A DNA stretch of 64,000 nucleotides from Lytechinus pictus (taxonomy: Eukaryota): positions 3,350,001 to 3,414,000 of the forward strand of contig NC_087251.1 in NCBI RefSeq assembly GCF_037042905.1, in the 5' to 3' direction. Positions 14,304 through 28,755 of this stretch are shown here, piece after piece. The notes below the pieces were generated by a model. The model worked only from the letters and a program-made list of their open reading frames with translations. It was not told the origin of the DNA and searched no databases. Each line of letters starts with the position of its first letter. Position 1 is the first letter of the stretch. A program made the position numbers and the translations under genes.

Positions 14304-15720
14304 CTGTGTAGTAAAGAAAATGAAGAAATTAATTATCTTTCTGACAATATCATACATATTTAATTCTGAAGGTTTCCATGGTGAAGAATGAATCAGTACA
14401 GAATCTTCATGGTACATCGTATATTCTTTTGTGGATATGTGTTTGGTCCAGAAATTTAGTTTAATAAAGTGCATAATAAAAACTATATTGTGTGACAACT
14501 AAATTGCAGGGGTGAAAGTGAGGCTAATTAAATTGACTAGAGGCACAAGTGACAGTGGTGAAGTTGATGAGGCAAACAGGAAATGAAATATTTTTTTGAT
14601 TATCCCTAAATTGGTACTCTGTTATTAGATAGCATTACAATAGATGCTTCAGTCATGATGGGATTACAAGAAGGAGTTATAATTGTCACATTCATTCATT
14701 TGCCAAGGTGTTGTTCAGTGTCAAGATATTGAAATCTAATAGTCATAACCAACAGGAAAACATATGTAGCCTCTAGATATCACATGGAACTACACGATAT
14801 ACATGTATACAATGCTGGTTTACAACAAATCAGGTGCTCAAGGTGCTTGCTCTGAAAGAAACACAGTCTGATGTCTAATTCCAAAGATATTTTACACTTG
14901 AGATGCAATGAACTTCAAATGGAGCTCCAGAATAAAAATCATATAACTTGAACGAATGAATTAAAATTGTATACAAAACATTAGAAAAATATCCTATCGA
15001 ATTCGGATAAAAAAGTAATAAAGTTTATTATATTGAATGTTTTAATTCTGCATTAATTTGATGAAACAGCTGTATGCTGTAGCTTATAGAATACACATTT
15101 GATAAAATAAATATTGTCTTTCATGATACTAGTACAGGTATATACATGTACATGTATAGGATAAATACTCATCAACCTAAGCTTACTCCAAATATTTACA
15201 CATACAGCTGAATTATTTTGCTTTCCTATTAATTAATTTGGTCACCTCTTCAAAAAATTGGTTGAATCTATTGAAGTTAGCTTGCATGAACAAAATAGGC
15301 CTATTTTTTCTTTTTTTTTACACGACAGTTAGAATCCTCAATACATGTAGGGCAGTCAGTAATTCAAATACCACAATAATGTACATAACGAGGGGATCAC
15401 TGCCTTCATATTATCAAATACTGCTGCAGTACCTGTATGGAAACTGTAGATGTACATCTGATTCAAATAATAATGATCCCATATTGATGAAGGTATGTTC
15501 CATGGCTGACAGTGGATAGACACAGGATAATGTGTACAGTCAGTACCCAGGAATTCAATCAATATGACAAGACAAGCAGAAAATGTAAACCAGATGAGAT
15601 GTAATTACTCATCCACCATACATGTACACCTCTGATGTAACATGTGAAACCAGATTCAGTTAATATCATAAAGGGGTGTTGCCATTCCTCATGAAGAATT
15701 CATTGATTTTTAGGGAGTAA

Positions 15721-16604
15721 CAAGTGGAACGCCTCTGCCTGTCTCACCTGCATTATGTGATTCGATATAGCAACAGTGCTGACTTTGAAAACACCCACAC
15801 GTATTGAACAATTATTCACAAAAGAAAACACTCAAATGATAATAAAATACTATGTCCATTGACCCAACATGACCTTCGACAATGATCATGTGACCTAAGG
15901 CGTGTGAAAAACAATCATTTATACTTACCCTTTAATATGTTTATGTGTAATGAACTACATGTACATGTGTAGACCCATAAACTTTCTAAGTGATGATGAA
16001 ATTCCACAAATACCCCATCCAAGTTCATTGACCCTAAATGACCTTTGACCTTGGTCATGTGACCTGAAACTCGTTCAGGAATACTTACTTACTCTTATGT
16101 CTAAGTTTCATGAACTAGTTCCATAAACTTTAAAAGTTATCATGAAAATTCCACGAATACCCCCAACATGGTCAAAGTTCATTGACCATAAGTGAACTTT
16201 GACCTAGGTCATGTGACCTGAAAATCAGGCAGGATCTTCAGTGATACACTATCACCCTTATGTTTATGTTTCATGAACTATGTCCATATACTTTCTAATT
16301 TATGATGACATTTCAAAAGCTTAACTTTGGTTAAGATTTCGATATTGATTCCCCTAACATGGTCTAAGTTCATTGACCCTAAATGACCTTTGACCTTGGT
16401 CATGTGACCTGAATCTCAGGCAGGATATTTAGTAATACTTGGTTACCCTTATGTCCAAGTTTCATGAACTAGGTCCATATACTTTCTAAGTTATGATGAC
16501 ATTTCAAAAACTTAACCTTGGTTAAGATTTCAATGTTGACAACGCAGCCGCCATCGGAAAAGAAGCACCTATAGCCTCGCTCTGCTATGCAGGCAAGACA
16601 AAAA
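15721..16604 (+). mobile_element. Pearl/Tsp/HINE-like tandem-repeat element
   Basis: Same family as 34983-35960. Confidence 0.78.
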
Positions 16605-17592
16605 TACAAACTAACGTTGTGGTGACTAATATAGGCATGCATTTACTTTTAATATACATGTATATGCACATATACTCAAACATAATATAATTATCATTCA
16701 CAAGGTAATTTAATACAACAAATACTCTACATGTACATACACAGTAAACCAACTTTCTTCCCACCCCCCCCCCCCAAAAAAAAAATAGATAGTATTATCA
16801 TACTATTAATCAAATATTCATTTCCATCATGAAAAAAAAACAAGTTCTAGGATGAAATTTAAAAAAATGAGAATACAGTTAACTTTGATTTTTTTTTGGG
16901 TACATTGTCTTTTTCATGAAAATTGGATTTTATAAGATGAAGCTCAACCTTCAAAAAGCGTGGAGTGAAATGTTTAATTTGGAGTTTCATCTGGATTTAA
17001 TATGAGAAAAACATCCATTCGTATAATAAAAATATTTGTGCCATATTATGGATGCAGAAAACTGCCATCAAATAACTGCTTGTGCTATTTACATGAAAAT
17101 ATGACTCAATGTATTTCCTGGAGTTTTAAACTATACCTAATGGGTGCACTAGCCAAGTTTCCAGTGATTTTAAACCCTTGTAATGTGAAAAGACAGCTTA
17201 TAAAAATTGAAATGTCTGCTTTTGTGGTTAAATCATAACCAATGTAAACATATATAATATATGTAGAGGTAGCAGATATGAAAAATACAATAAAATACTC
17301 TTTATTAATTTATGTATTAAAGTTCAAACTGTCATATCCTGTTGGTAGAATAATTGTACATTTTTTTCATAATCAATTAAAGTACATGTACGGCTAAAAA
17401 CATGAATACACATTTATGGGGAAAAAAGGTCACACGAGTGACAGCACATGATTAAATATTTTAAATATGTGTGTGACATCAACTATAGCAAAGGGCATTC
17501 ATTCATGTCATACCAAATATTATTTAGACTGTGGGGTTTTCAAGTTTGCTAAAGGACTGTCAAAAGGGGAATATTTGTTCATGTTGACTTAC

Positions 17593-17667
17593 CATCCTCA
17601 ATTGTCTGGCAGCGTCCTCGCATATTTGCATGCCTCTAGACTCTCCTACCTCTACTGAACCAAGATA
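17593..17667 (-). CDS. numb: Numb PTB exon YLGSVEVGESRGMQICEDAARQLRM
   Basis: 75 nt, tttacag| ... |GTAAGT, phase 0/0; matches human YLGHVEVDESRGMHICEDAVKRLKA. Confidence 0.96.
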
Positions 17668-19843
17668 CTGTAAAGAAACAAAATATGGTGTTTGGGAAAA
17701 TGCCAATCATAAAAAATAAACAAAACAACTCAATATTCGCTTACAGGTCACAGCTAAAACTTATTACCTGTACAAGTCTATATGATGAAATGACTACCAG
17801 GCCTACCAAATTCACAAATCTTATTCATCAATTTAACTATTAAAAAAGAACCAACAAAATGATTGAAACAGCAATTCAGAGAAATACCATTCAAACATTT
17901 TATGGCCAAATAAAACACAAAGATGCAGAATTAGAAATCAAATAATTTTTCTGGCACAGTACAGCAGGTAAGACTGACCTTTAAATTCAAACAACTAAAT
18001 CAGCATTGCATGTGGTTATAACATGTCAACATAACTTCACAAATGAGTGCTCAATCATATCCAGTGGAATCATTTTCAAACTAAATTCTTTCAATTCTCT
18101 TTTTCCTTTTATGTTTTTTACACTAGCAAATATTTCCTAACCCCATGTAGTCTGGCATACATCATAAATCCAAGCGGTGAACCTATTGTTCAGGGGGAGG
18201 GATGATCTATTGTGTCATCTCCCACTTGAATAGTATGACGTCACAGATTTACGGCAATGCTCATCTATTTTCTATATTTCCTTGAAAATGTTTTGATTTA
18301 GTTGGAATATGGAGAACAGATGGCCATTTGATGAATATAAAGATGTAATACGTTAAATTTCAGCAACATTTGGGGAAGATTTTTTCTCCTAGATCTAGGC
18401 CTATATACATTTGTCAGAAACGGTTGCCAAAATGGGTAAAAATTTATATTTTAATTGTCGTTCAAACAGCATTTAAGAGTTTTGACAATATAATTACATA
18501 TTACAGTGGATTCTTGTGTATGAACGCAAAAAACACAACAAACTAAAGTAGAAATCAAAATCGCTACAAAAATAAATCAGCCATTAACCAAAAGAACAAT
18601 ACCATGGGGCTGTTCCATAAAATAGTAAACCTTTTGGTCAAAATTTCAAAAATCCGACAAACAGAACAAATTAGGTATCACTTGAAAGCTACATGTAAGA
18701 CACTGAAATGTATGAATCTGAAAGAAATAATTTTAAACAGTGTATCGTTTCCTTTTGGCAAGGCATTGAAGTCACCATAGCAACAACTTATAATTTTACT
18801 AATTTTAAAAGTTAAAGTTTGCAACAAATTTTAAACCTTATATAAGCTTTGAAATGATCAAAGTTGGATGTTGTCCAAATTGTTATTATGTCAGGTTTCT
18901 AAAAAATAAGTAAGGTTTTTTCTATGTTTCTTATATTTTTTAAACCAAATATATTGAAAGCAGGCACTTTCAAATGTACGTCCGACCCCTTTTCACATAC
19001 ACTTTTTTTTACAAGCAAAACAAAAGCAGACAAATTTCCCTAAAGTCAGATGCAAAGCAAGCTTGGTTTGTTTAATATACACACCAGAAGGTAGCTCACC
19101 ACTAGTCCAGGATTTCAAGTTAAATGGGGGTCGGACGTACAACTTTTTTGTACATCCGACCCCCTGTACGTCCGACCCCTTTGCAACTTTTTTGCATCTT
19201 GCACTGCTTAGATGTTTTTTTGCAAAATTTAAATATCTTAACTTCTTTTACTCATATCAATCTTTCAAAAATTAAATACAAATTTCAATTTCAACCTAGT
19301 TTAACAATGACCTCTTTTGTATTTTTTACCCAACAAATACTGGGGGCAAATATCACCTTCCATCTTTAACATTTTGCATGATAATACCTTAACACACGGT
19401 GATATTGCTGTATAGTTTGATCATTTTTTTCTTTGAAGTCTTGCACAAGTTTTGAGACCAATTTAAAAAAAAATACCACGCATTTTTGACAAAATGTAGA
19501 TTTTCATATGATGATATCATCTTAAAAAAATTATGATTTATTTGTGTTTTGTGTGCATATTCAATAAAAACTGTCTTCCTTCATCTCAAATTATCACTCA
19601 ACTTAATGAATTTAGGGGTAATTATGATTGAATAATAGCCAGCAGGAAATTAAAAAGAAAGTCAAAATTAAAAACATACAAATACATGAAAAATTTTAAA
19701 CAAAGAAGTTCCATATAAAAAAGAAATTGCCCCTTACCCTCAATCTCAGATACAGCAATTGCCCCTCCATAGAAAATAAATCTGCCCATTTGCTGTAATG
19801 ATACATGGGTGTCAAGACTATTCTACTTTTGTCTATAGGGGTG

Positions 19844-20466
19844 TAATACCCTTTTTACACAGGATTTTCTTAACCCCGGACTATCGCTAACCCCGTACTA
19901 TTTTTTTTCCTTTTCACACATGCCAAATTGTTATTGCTAAACCCGGATAAGGAATGCTTGCTTTTCACACACGAAACTCGCTAACCCCGGACTAGTGGTA
20001 GCTCATGAATATTCACGAGCGTACTGAGGGGTCATTCGGGTCATATCCAAAATCGCGCGCGCTTTAAATACATTTGTCGATCATTCGTAGTACAAGTACT
20101 TCACTCGGAATTTCTCATCGCCGTGTTCGCTGTTCATGAATATTCATTATGCTTACCTCTGATTGGACAACAGGGCCGGCTCTGTTGCGGGGCATGAATG
20201 GGAGCGCTTAGCCCACTTACGTTTTACACTAGCGATCTTAACCCCGTACTATCGCTCTTAGCACCGCAATTGCTGGGATAACCCTGCTTTTTTGCAGGGC
20301 CAAATAATCCCGTACTAAAGGTGGGGTTAGCCCACTTTGCAAAAATGCTGTGTAAAAAGAAAGTGGGCTAAGCTTAACCCCGTACTATAGGTGGGGCTAA
20401 ATAGCAATTTAGCCCCACCTATAGTACGGGGTTAAGGAAATTTTAGCGTGTGTAAAAAGGGTATTA
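19844..20466. mobile_element. MITE with taaccccg(t/g)acta repeats (TWA-flanked, PIF/Harbinger-like)
   Basis: taataccctttttacac ... gtgtaaaaagggtatta. Confidence 0.8.
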
Positions 20467-21675
20467 GTTATGAAAATGTGAAGGGTTATTCATTTAATTT
20501 TGACTTGTTCTCATTTCCTTATTTCTGCATCAACCTTGTTCACACTTGGTCAAATGATCCTTGGTTAATACCATGTGTGTGTTGATGGGGTCAAAGGTCA
20601 TCTAGGGGTTCAAAGTCAAAAGATAAGAGGCCATTCAGTCATTTTTTGACAGTTTGTTTAAATTCTTATTTTTTTTTTGTGTGTGCGTCAAGTTTTTTCA
20701 AAATTGAAACACAAAATCAGTGGGTAATACAAAATTTTTGTTGATGAAGATGGCAATTACTAAGGTTGATTAGGGGTCTAAAGGTCACTTTTGCTCATTT
20801 TGTTATTTCAAGGTCAGTTCTAGCTTTCTCAGGGTCAAAAGTTAACTTTCGCTACTGGTAGTTATGTGCATCAATTGTATTCAAACTTTGAACAAATTAT
20901 CAGTGGGTAGTACCACATATTTATTAATGAGGATGGAGAGATCAAAGGTCGTCAAGGGGTCAAAAGGTCATATTGCATGTTTTATTGATTGCATCATCAG
21001 GGAAGACTCATGGTTCGTAACCCACCTTGTTTAAAAAAAGTTTGTAACAGGATAAGTTTTTTAATGTTGAAGAAATTCTTTGTCATGTCTTTTGCAAACC
21101 ATTAAAAAAGATACATTTTACTTGAAGTTTAACAGTAAAAAATATCCTGCATTGTGTAAATAGTTGTGTTGTTTTGTTAGTGATGTGGTCTAAAAATGTA
21201 AATGAAAACAGTTTAACCCCTCTGACTCATTTGAAATAGATATGAGGAGTATTTTGCTTAACTGTAAGAAAATCAGTATGGGGGTCGGACGTACACTGTC
21301 TGAATGCATGTCAACTTTAATTCAGCATAACTCTTCACCAGCATCAGATTCATTTGTTAATTCTGTCTTTTGTGAAAGACAACTAACCAAACAGTATGTA
21401 TAAAAAAAAATCCAGTTTAGAATTTCTATGTTTTGTGTAACTGATCTTCAAAGGGGGTCGGACGTACAGTGTGCAAATATTTTGCACAATGTACGTCCGA
21501 CCCCTTCAAAGTGTACTTCCGACCCCAAATAGATCAGCCTGTAACTAAAACAAGGCAATGTCTAGATCAATTTCTTTACTTCATTTCTTAGAGATTCATC
21601 CTTTAGCTAACAGTTCATATTAGAATTTTAGTACCTGCATTACAAAAATCACAGAGATTTTGACATGAACTCGAT

Positions 21676-22481
21676 TACCCCTTTCATACTGCCCGCTTCA
21701 TTTTTCACCGGCGAACTTCTCTGCCTCACATTCCTCACTTCCCCGGCGAAGAAAAAAATGTACCTTTCGCACTGACATTTCTTCTCCGGCAAAAGTCAAC
21801 GGGCGATTGGCCTCATTCGGCATTTCCGCGGCACCACGATTATTTATTTCCTTTAATTGTGGAGATCTAACTTGTTAGTAAAGTTGTCAAGATGACGGCT
21901 AGATCTAGTAAACAGTGTCAGTATTCCCTTGATTTAGTCAGTGCTCGGCACGTGCAGAACAAACAAAAGAAAATTGTAAACATTACTTCTTACCTATTAC
22001 AAAAAGGTATTAAAAAATTAATTACAACATATTTTGGAAGTATTACGAGAAAAACAAACAATATCACTTTGTTTTTATATTTTAGCGCATTTTATACATG
22101 TAAAAAGTGCTTTTCAATAAATATTGTTAGTATAAAAAAAAATTATGTTCGAGGGTATCTACTTGGCCATAGCATTCAGCTGAGCTTGCAACTATCGCGC
22201 GTGGAATCTCGGTACAGGGGACTTCGGGAGAGAAAAAAATTGACCTCTGACGTCATTAAAGAGGAGAAGTTCTCCGGTTTGCTTTCATAAGTCTGGCCTT
22301 TTCACCGGCGAACTTCGCGGGTGAAACAGTTTCGCCGGCGAAGTTCTCCACCTCTAGAGGTGGAGAAGTTCGCCGGCGAACTTCACCGGTGAAGTTCTCC
22401 TGTGTACTGTACCTTTCATACTGGACACTTTCCCCTTCGCTGGCGAACTTCGCCGGTGAAAAGCGCAATATGAAAGGGGTA
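21676..22481. mobile_element. MITE with ccggcgaa(g/c)tt subterminal repeats
   Basis: tacccctttcata ... tatgaaaggggta TIR. Confidence 0.8.
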
Positions 22482-24281
22482 TGAAAGTGCAAGAACTGGC
22501 TTTTGTCTGATGTACGTCCGACCCCTTACATTTTTGCCCATACTTTCTATTCTTCATATTGCAGCCTGGTCCTGTCATGGTGTAATGATAACCTAGGTCA
22601 CATTTTATGATATACTGGAAAAAATAAAACACTGCTATTAAATCAAAGGAGATACAGCTCTTAAATGTGTCCGAATGTACGTCCAACCTTTATGGTCAGT
22701 ATGTTAAAAAAAAAAAAAAATTCCATGGTCGTATACCATATACATACAACTAAAATTAGCATCCAAGCAATATTTTAAACTAAAAAAAATTTTTTTTAAC
22801 ACAAATCATTTGTCAGAACACATGGCAACCAGAGAATGATATAACTGGGCAGTGCTTCAGTTCAGATCAAGCATGGTAGAGGTAAAAATTCTTAACCTAA
22901 TCTCAATAGTATATAGGCCAACAGTTTTCTAATGTGCATCTACATACATGTATACATTGTTTGTTCTGCAAGGTCATGTGCCTTGATGGTCCAGGGTAAA
23001 TTCCTTTTCAAGTTTAGTTATAAAGGTAATACATCTGAACAGGCTCTCTGCCTTCAAGGCTTGAATTCAAGCCTCCCATCAATCTGAGCCATGATTTCAT
23101 TTACGTCAATTACTCCTTCTTAAAGCAAAAAAGGAAAAAGAAACTCTTTGTGCTGTGTGGGGTTACCCTTCAGCCTTAGAATTGACCTCTAAAAGAAAGT
23201 CAGACAACTAACCACAAACCTTAATACCAACACAAAATTGACCCCCCCCCCCCCCCCCCAATGAAGTACCCAAATTCAGACAATGTTTCTGGAATCAGTT
23301 TACATGTGTAGGCCTACTTGAACTTGAAACATTACTTTGCTATTAAAGCAATAGTGACTGATAAAAAAAGCATGGAAATATTTTTTCCATATACTGTACA
23401 TGTCCATTTCTATGCTTAATGCTGCCCCCCCTCCTCTATTTAAATTGGAGTCTGGACAGTTCATACACATGAAGGAACATCTGAACTTTGAAACCACCAA
23501 GTTGGAGTGTGAGATAAAAATACAAATCCAGACCAATATCATCGACCTACAACGTCATAGGACACAAGCATTCCTTTGATGCAATGGTTATCACTGCATT
23601 TTGATTACAGTCACATTTTAGTGAATTCATTAGCTAACCGATGAATGTCATTTCCATGCAAATATGCAGGAAATACACCACAATTGCCCGGCTAATTGAC
23701 TGGCAAAGGGTGTGTTCAATGTCGATTTTAAAATTTAAATAGCAACATAAATCATGACTGAAAACTCAATTACAAATCACAGAACACAAACACGATCAGC
23801 GATGCACTGTTCAGTGTCCAAAATATAAAGCTGATTATTTGTAGATCATCTTTAAATTTCCCGCTTTCGTTGGCGCAGCTTTAATGCACAGTTTGACCCA
23901 TCACAAGAAAGGTAAATTCTTGCACCTGCTTGTATAGGCTTCCACTGCGAGACCAAATTTAAAGACGTTTCAAAACTCAACTGTGTTTAATGTAGTACTA
24001 GTTTAATGGCACATTCGCTATGCTAAAGGTCATAAAATCTGAGCTGATCGCACTTACAAACAATCTTTTATTTCTGTTTAAATTTTCCTCCGAATCATGA
24101 TTTGAAAGATGTTTCAATTTATGACCAGGAATGGAGGACATTGAACACACCCTTCGTTTTTCATTATGTCCATCTTTGGTAATTTCGTTTTCAATCATAA
24201 TTCATGTTAAAAACATACAATTGATTGTATATTTAATGTGTCTGGGCTCTGGGTTTATAAGCTTTACTATAGACTACCTAC

Positions 24282-24564
24282 CTTGACAGTAAAGTTACAA
24301 GTCCCTCCCCTGACCAGCTTCTCATCTTGCTGCCATTGGTGTGGCTTGCTAGCTGGGGGCACGTAGGACGTATCCTTGCTACGAAAACTCCTCCGTAACC
24401 GCTTCATGCTCAGAGAGCGGCGTAATCGACTCTTACGCTGTGGTCCTTGTGACGGTGAAGGTGATGCCACTGATGACGATGAAGGGGTACTCGGTCCAGC
24501 GTGGGAATCGTCGGCACTGTTACGCCGCTTGTGCTTGCTGCTGGATCCGCCAAAGAAAAATTTT
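24282..24564 (-). CDS. numb: Numb exon: N-terminal extension plus start of PTB domain ([16 protein letters not shown]...[42 protein letters not shown])
   Basis: Translation matches the Numb N-terminus (human [42 protein letters not shown]). Acceptor tttcacag before 24564, donor AAG|GTAGGT after 24282. Frame is open across the whole 283-nt exon; internal ATG at 24407. Confidence 0.96.
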
Positions 24565-25699
24565 CTGTGAAAAGGAAAGTAAAAGAAAGTGAATACCGTG
24601 CCAGATTACATTACTTGCCAAAGTTTTTAACAACAAAAAGTCCTGGTAATGCTGGTATATATATATATCCAAAAATATTCAATTGAATATGAAAATCTGC
24701 TTTGATATGCTGTAAAGCACTTTGAGCCATTATGGAAAAAGCGCTATGTAAAAACTAGTTATTATCATTATTATTAAAACCAAATCAAACAAGATATTTA
24801 TATTCTTTAATTTTTTAGAAAGTACTACAAGCACTAATTTTTGTATTGTACTGTATGTTGATTAACAGACCAGTTCGTAGTTCCATTCTGTGCATGATCA
24901 GTAGGTTATTTGAACTCAAATGGCATGTGGTTTAATATTCACTGAGATATGCACCAACTCTGATGTCTTGATTATTCTTTTGATTTTCAGTGTTTTTTGT
25001 TAGATCCACTGGAAACCAACAATGCATCCATTGGTTTTAACAGTTGACCAAGTATGTTGTACTTGCAATTTCTGAAAATTCTGCATCCTGCTTTATCAGG
25101 CATGATTATAATATCTTGCTTTGAAATTTGCCTATCCTAATAGAACAAAGGAAAGGTCATTTGAACAAAATTTGCCCATGAGGTAACTCCGAACTGGTGC
25201 AAAATGAAACACACAGTTCATGTTCAAAATCGATGACACAAATTCCGAAATTGTGTTCATAAAAAAATTCCAAGTTACTTTACAACGGACGACTAAAGTA
25301 TGTTTAAATAAATGATCATCATAGGTCATTAGACAAACATGTAACTCAACTGTATGATGTTGTGTATCAATATTTTATTTTCACTCCAGATTATTCATAA
25401 AACTACATTTTACAAGGTTTGCCTACATACTGTACAGTATATGATACAGACACTGTAAGCCTATACACTAAATACTAGTCAAACTACACTGTATAACTAA
25501 GCACTTGAATTTGCCCTGTATGTTGCAAGATGGCAGTAACAGGTAATTAATCTATTTCTGTTAAATTTTCAAAGCATGGGCAATTATCTGTGATGTCCAC
25601 CACGATCCAGTGGAGTTCATTGATACAGAGCACAAAGCTTGTTTTCTAGAGTGCCTGTCTACAGAGATATGAAACCCACTCGTAAGGCGGTGCTGCACC

Positions 25700-26063
25700 A
25701 GCCCGAGTTTGCTCAATCTCTAAATTTTAGCCCGATCGGCCCTCTCCGCAATTAATCTCAAGATTCAAGAATCCCCGTCTCCACCATCGCAAGAAGAGCG
25801 ATCCCTGCTCGAGCGATGCATTATGGTCTGACGCCGTGAATAAAATAATCCCGAGTGCGTCTGCACCTGCGAATTAGTGGGATAATTTGTAAAATAGTGC
25901 GCTATTTTGCAAATAATCCCAAGTTGACTTGGGATTGCAATCTCAAGATAAATCCTGCGAATTAGCGCGATAATTGCGTCTCCATTACAAATAATCTCGA
26001 GATTGTTCAGATCGGGATAATTTGCCGGATCAGAAATAGCGTGCTAATTTGAAAACTCAGGCT
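25700..26063. mobile_element. CpG-rich MITE with ataatc(c/t)c repeats
   Basis: agcccgagttt ... aaactcaggct inverted ends. Confidence 0.55.
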
Positions 26064-26145
26064 TTGCATGTTGTAGGCAAATATTTAGTCGGACAGGTCT
26101 TGAGGCCACACTTAGCCGGCCTCAGCCCAAGTGTACAAAGTCTAA

Positions 26146-26618
26146 TATGCTTTTCACACTGCACTTTTTGTCCTAAATTGGTGGGGCTAAGGGGGGTCTT
26201 AGCCCCACCAATTTCCCGGGGTTAAGCTTAGCCCACTTCGTTTTCACACTACGTTTTAGCAAAGTGGGCTAGCACGGTAAATAGTACGGTACTATCTGGC
26301 CCTGCAAAAGAGCAGGGTTAGCCGGCTTATTGTGGTGCTAGCACCACAATTGCGGTGCTAAGAGATGCAGTGTGAAACGAAACAGGGCTAAGCAAATGCG
26401 GGGCTAAGCATTAGCCAATCACAGAAGTCGAAATAGCACGTTAATCGCGTTCTGCATGGTAAAATCATCAATATTTATGAGCTGTGTGATTGCCCGGGGT
26501 TAAGGCGTTAACCCCGGCTAAGCAATAGTACGGGGTTAAGAAAGACAGTGAATCGAAAAAAAGATAGTATGGGGTTAAGGATAGTATGGGGTTAATGAAA
26601 TGCAGTGTGAAAAGCATA
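26146..26618. mobile_element. Related MITE, reverse orientation, TAA TSD
   Basis: taa-tatgcttttcacactgca ... tgcagtgtgaaaagcata-taa. Confidence 0.8.
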
Positions 26619-26923
26619 TAAGGGGAGAAGGGTTTTCTCAAGAGGCCTAGTGAATCAAAAGAACTAACCTTGACTACATCCCTTTCAGTACATGCTACAT
26701 GCCAGGCAATTTTTTTTTAAATACTTTTCACAAAATGTTCTGCTATGATGTATGTAGTTCCAGAACTACATAATGTACCAAAAAAATTCTACAAAAATAT
26801 GTGTTTTCTCAAGTTACAGGGTATAGATGAGGACTAGATAGATACTTAAAACTCATTTTGCCAGGTAGGAATACAGACAAGACAATTTGAGACCCAATCC
26901 TGGCTTTCCCGATATAAGTTTAA

Positions 26924-27506
26924 AGGGGAATGAAACCTTTGGATCAAGTAGGCTTGTTTCGAAACAGAAAAATCAAAGAATAAGAACAAAGAAAGTTTGA
27001 GAAAAATCTGACAAATAATGAGAAAGTTATGAGCATTTGAATATTGCAATAACTAATGCTATGGAGATCCTCCCATTGGCAATGCGACAAGGATGTGTGA
27101 TGTCACACATGAACAACTTTCCCTTTGATGGACTATAAAATACACTCAAAATGTCTTTTTGCTTTTTGTAATGTTGATACAAACTCTTTATCCATGATGT
27201 ATTCTTTAAAAATCTGTATTACATGCCCTCCTATAGAAAGAACACATGATCTACTGATAGATGTGATAAAAGATGCAATTTAAGTGAAATATATACTAAA
27301 GTAATGGGGAAAGTTGTTCAAGAGTGACATCACACATCTTTGTTGCATTGCCAATTTGAGGATCTCCATAGCATTAGTGATCGCAATATTCAAATGCTCA
27401 TAACTTTCTCATTATTTGTCCGATTTTTCTCAAACTTTCGTTGATCTGTTTCTTTGATTTTTCTGTTTTCACACAACCTATCTTGTTCTAAAGGTTTCAT
27501 TCTCCT
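26924..27506. mobile_element. Kolobok/T2-type MITE family B
   Basis: ttaa-aggggaatgaaaccttt ... aaaggtttcattctcct-ttaa, ~200-bp inverted arms. Confidence 0.85.
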
Positions 27507-27543
27507 TTAAGGGATGCTCTGGGCTGATAATGATTATATTTAA

Positions 27544-28475
27544 GGACGTTCCACAGTTATGTTTGTGCGCATTATGATCTGCGCATAGTTTACACTCTGC
27601 GCGCTGACGTCACAATGGATGAACAGGTGATTAATTAGCTGCGGGTATGAGCTGATTTTTCTCATCTTCTGCACTTTAACTGCAGATCCGATACGTTATT
27701 TCATGAAGCTAAAAAATTGAATTATTCCATGGACCATTCAAAAAAAAATTCTCTACAATTTCAAAATACTTTACTCTGCAGTGCTGCCAAGAATCACGAA
27801 TATTACCCCGAGTTTGAATAAATGGTAGAGTGGTTTTGATTTTTTCTTCACATAGATACAAGGCATTCGGCGCATTTTTGGTGTTTTAAAAAGCACATTT
27901 GCTCTAATAAAAATGCTGATAGTTTAAAAACAAGCACATGAACCCCTATTTTTTAATGTTTGTACCTCTTAGGTATACCCTCCTCTACAACTCTGCAAAT
28001 GTTGGTGAAAATGACATGGATTTTAAATAAAGTGCAGCATTTGTTGTACGTTTGTAGTTTGTGGCTGAAATTTTACATTTTTTAGATTGGGATTTTGTTA
28101 TCTTTTACGCCATTTTAAAGAACTGACAGTGCTGTTAAACTTAAAATTGCAAACAAATAGCACTTTAAATCGATTCTCTATTCTAACGATACAATTATTA
28201 ACTCTTTCGCGAAATTTGATGACTTTTTCATGTATTTTGAGTAATACAGGTTTAAACTCATTGTAGTAAACTTGGGCGGTCTAAAAATGCCAAATTCTTT
28301 TGAATGCGCAATTCTAAAGAACATCAATTTGGGTGAACTTTGAAGCTCTATAGCAAAAAATCAAGCACATGGACCTATGTTAATTTTTGCATATTTCGAA
28401 TATTAAGGTTCTTAATTATCTATGTGCAAAGTTTGGTGAAAATGACATGGATTTCACTTTAACTGTGGAACGTCC
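27544..28475. mobile_element. TTAA-flanked MITE (GG...CC termini)
   Basis: ttaa-ggacgttccacagtta ... taactgtggaacgtcc-ttaa perfect 16-bp TIR; splits an older family C copy. Confidence 0.85.
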
Positions 28476-28755
28476 TTAAATAGAGTAAAATGCATCGAGC
28501 AATATGCTAAAAATTTCATCAAAATCTGACAAGTAATGAAGTTATTAAATTTCAAATATAGCAATATTTTGTGAAAACAGCGAATGTGGTCATGAATATT
28601 CATTAGGTGGGTTGATCATAATTATTTCCTTTTTTCATACATGTGTGAATGATATATCTCCCTTGTAATAAGATGAGTTGCAACAATGAATATCTACATT
28701 AAATCAGAGTATGCTCCATGCTAAAGCCGGGGTAATAGTAGCAACACTGCATTAA

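Larger units (their letters stand above)
18605..22700. mobile_element. Large composite DNA element marked by gtacgtccgacccc repeats
   Basis: About ten copies of the motif in both orientations at 18976-19180, 21280-21530 and 22510-22690; ends uncertain. Confidence 0.5.

Noticed and set aside
15187..15207. Candidate microexon in the PTB intron
   Set aside because: Weak acceptor without a polypyrimidine tract and no meaningful peptide.
21892..22686. ORFs as a transposase
   Set aside because: Repetitive translations of subterminal repeats; no DDE motifs. No autonomous transposase or RT was recognised anywhere in the window.
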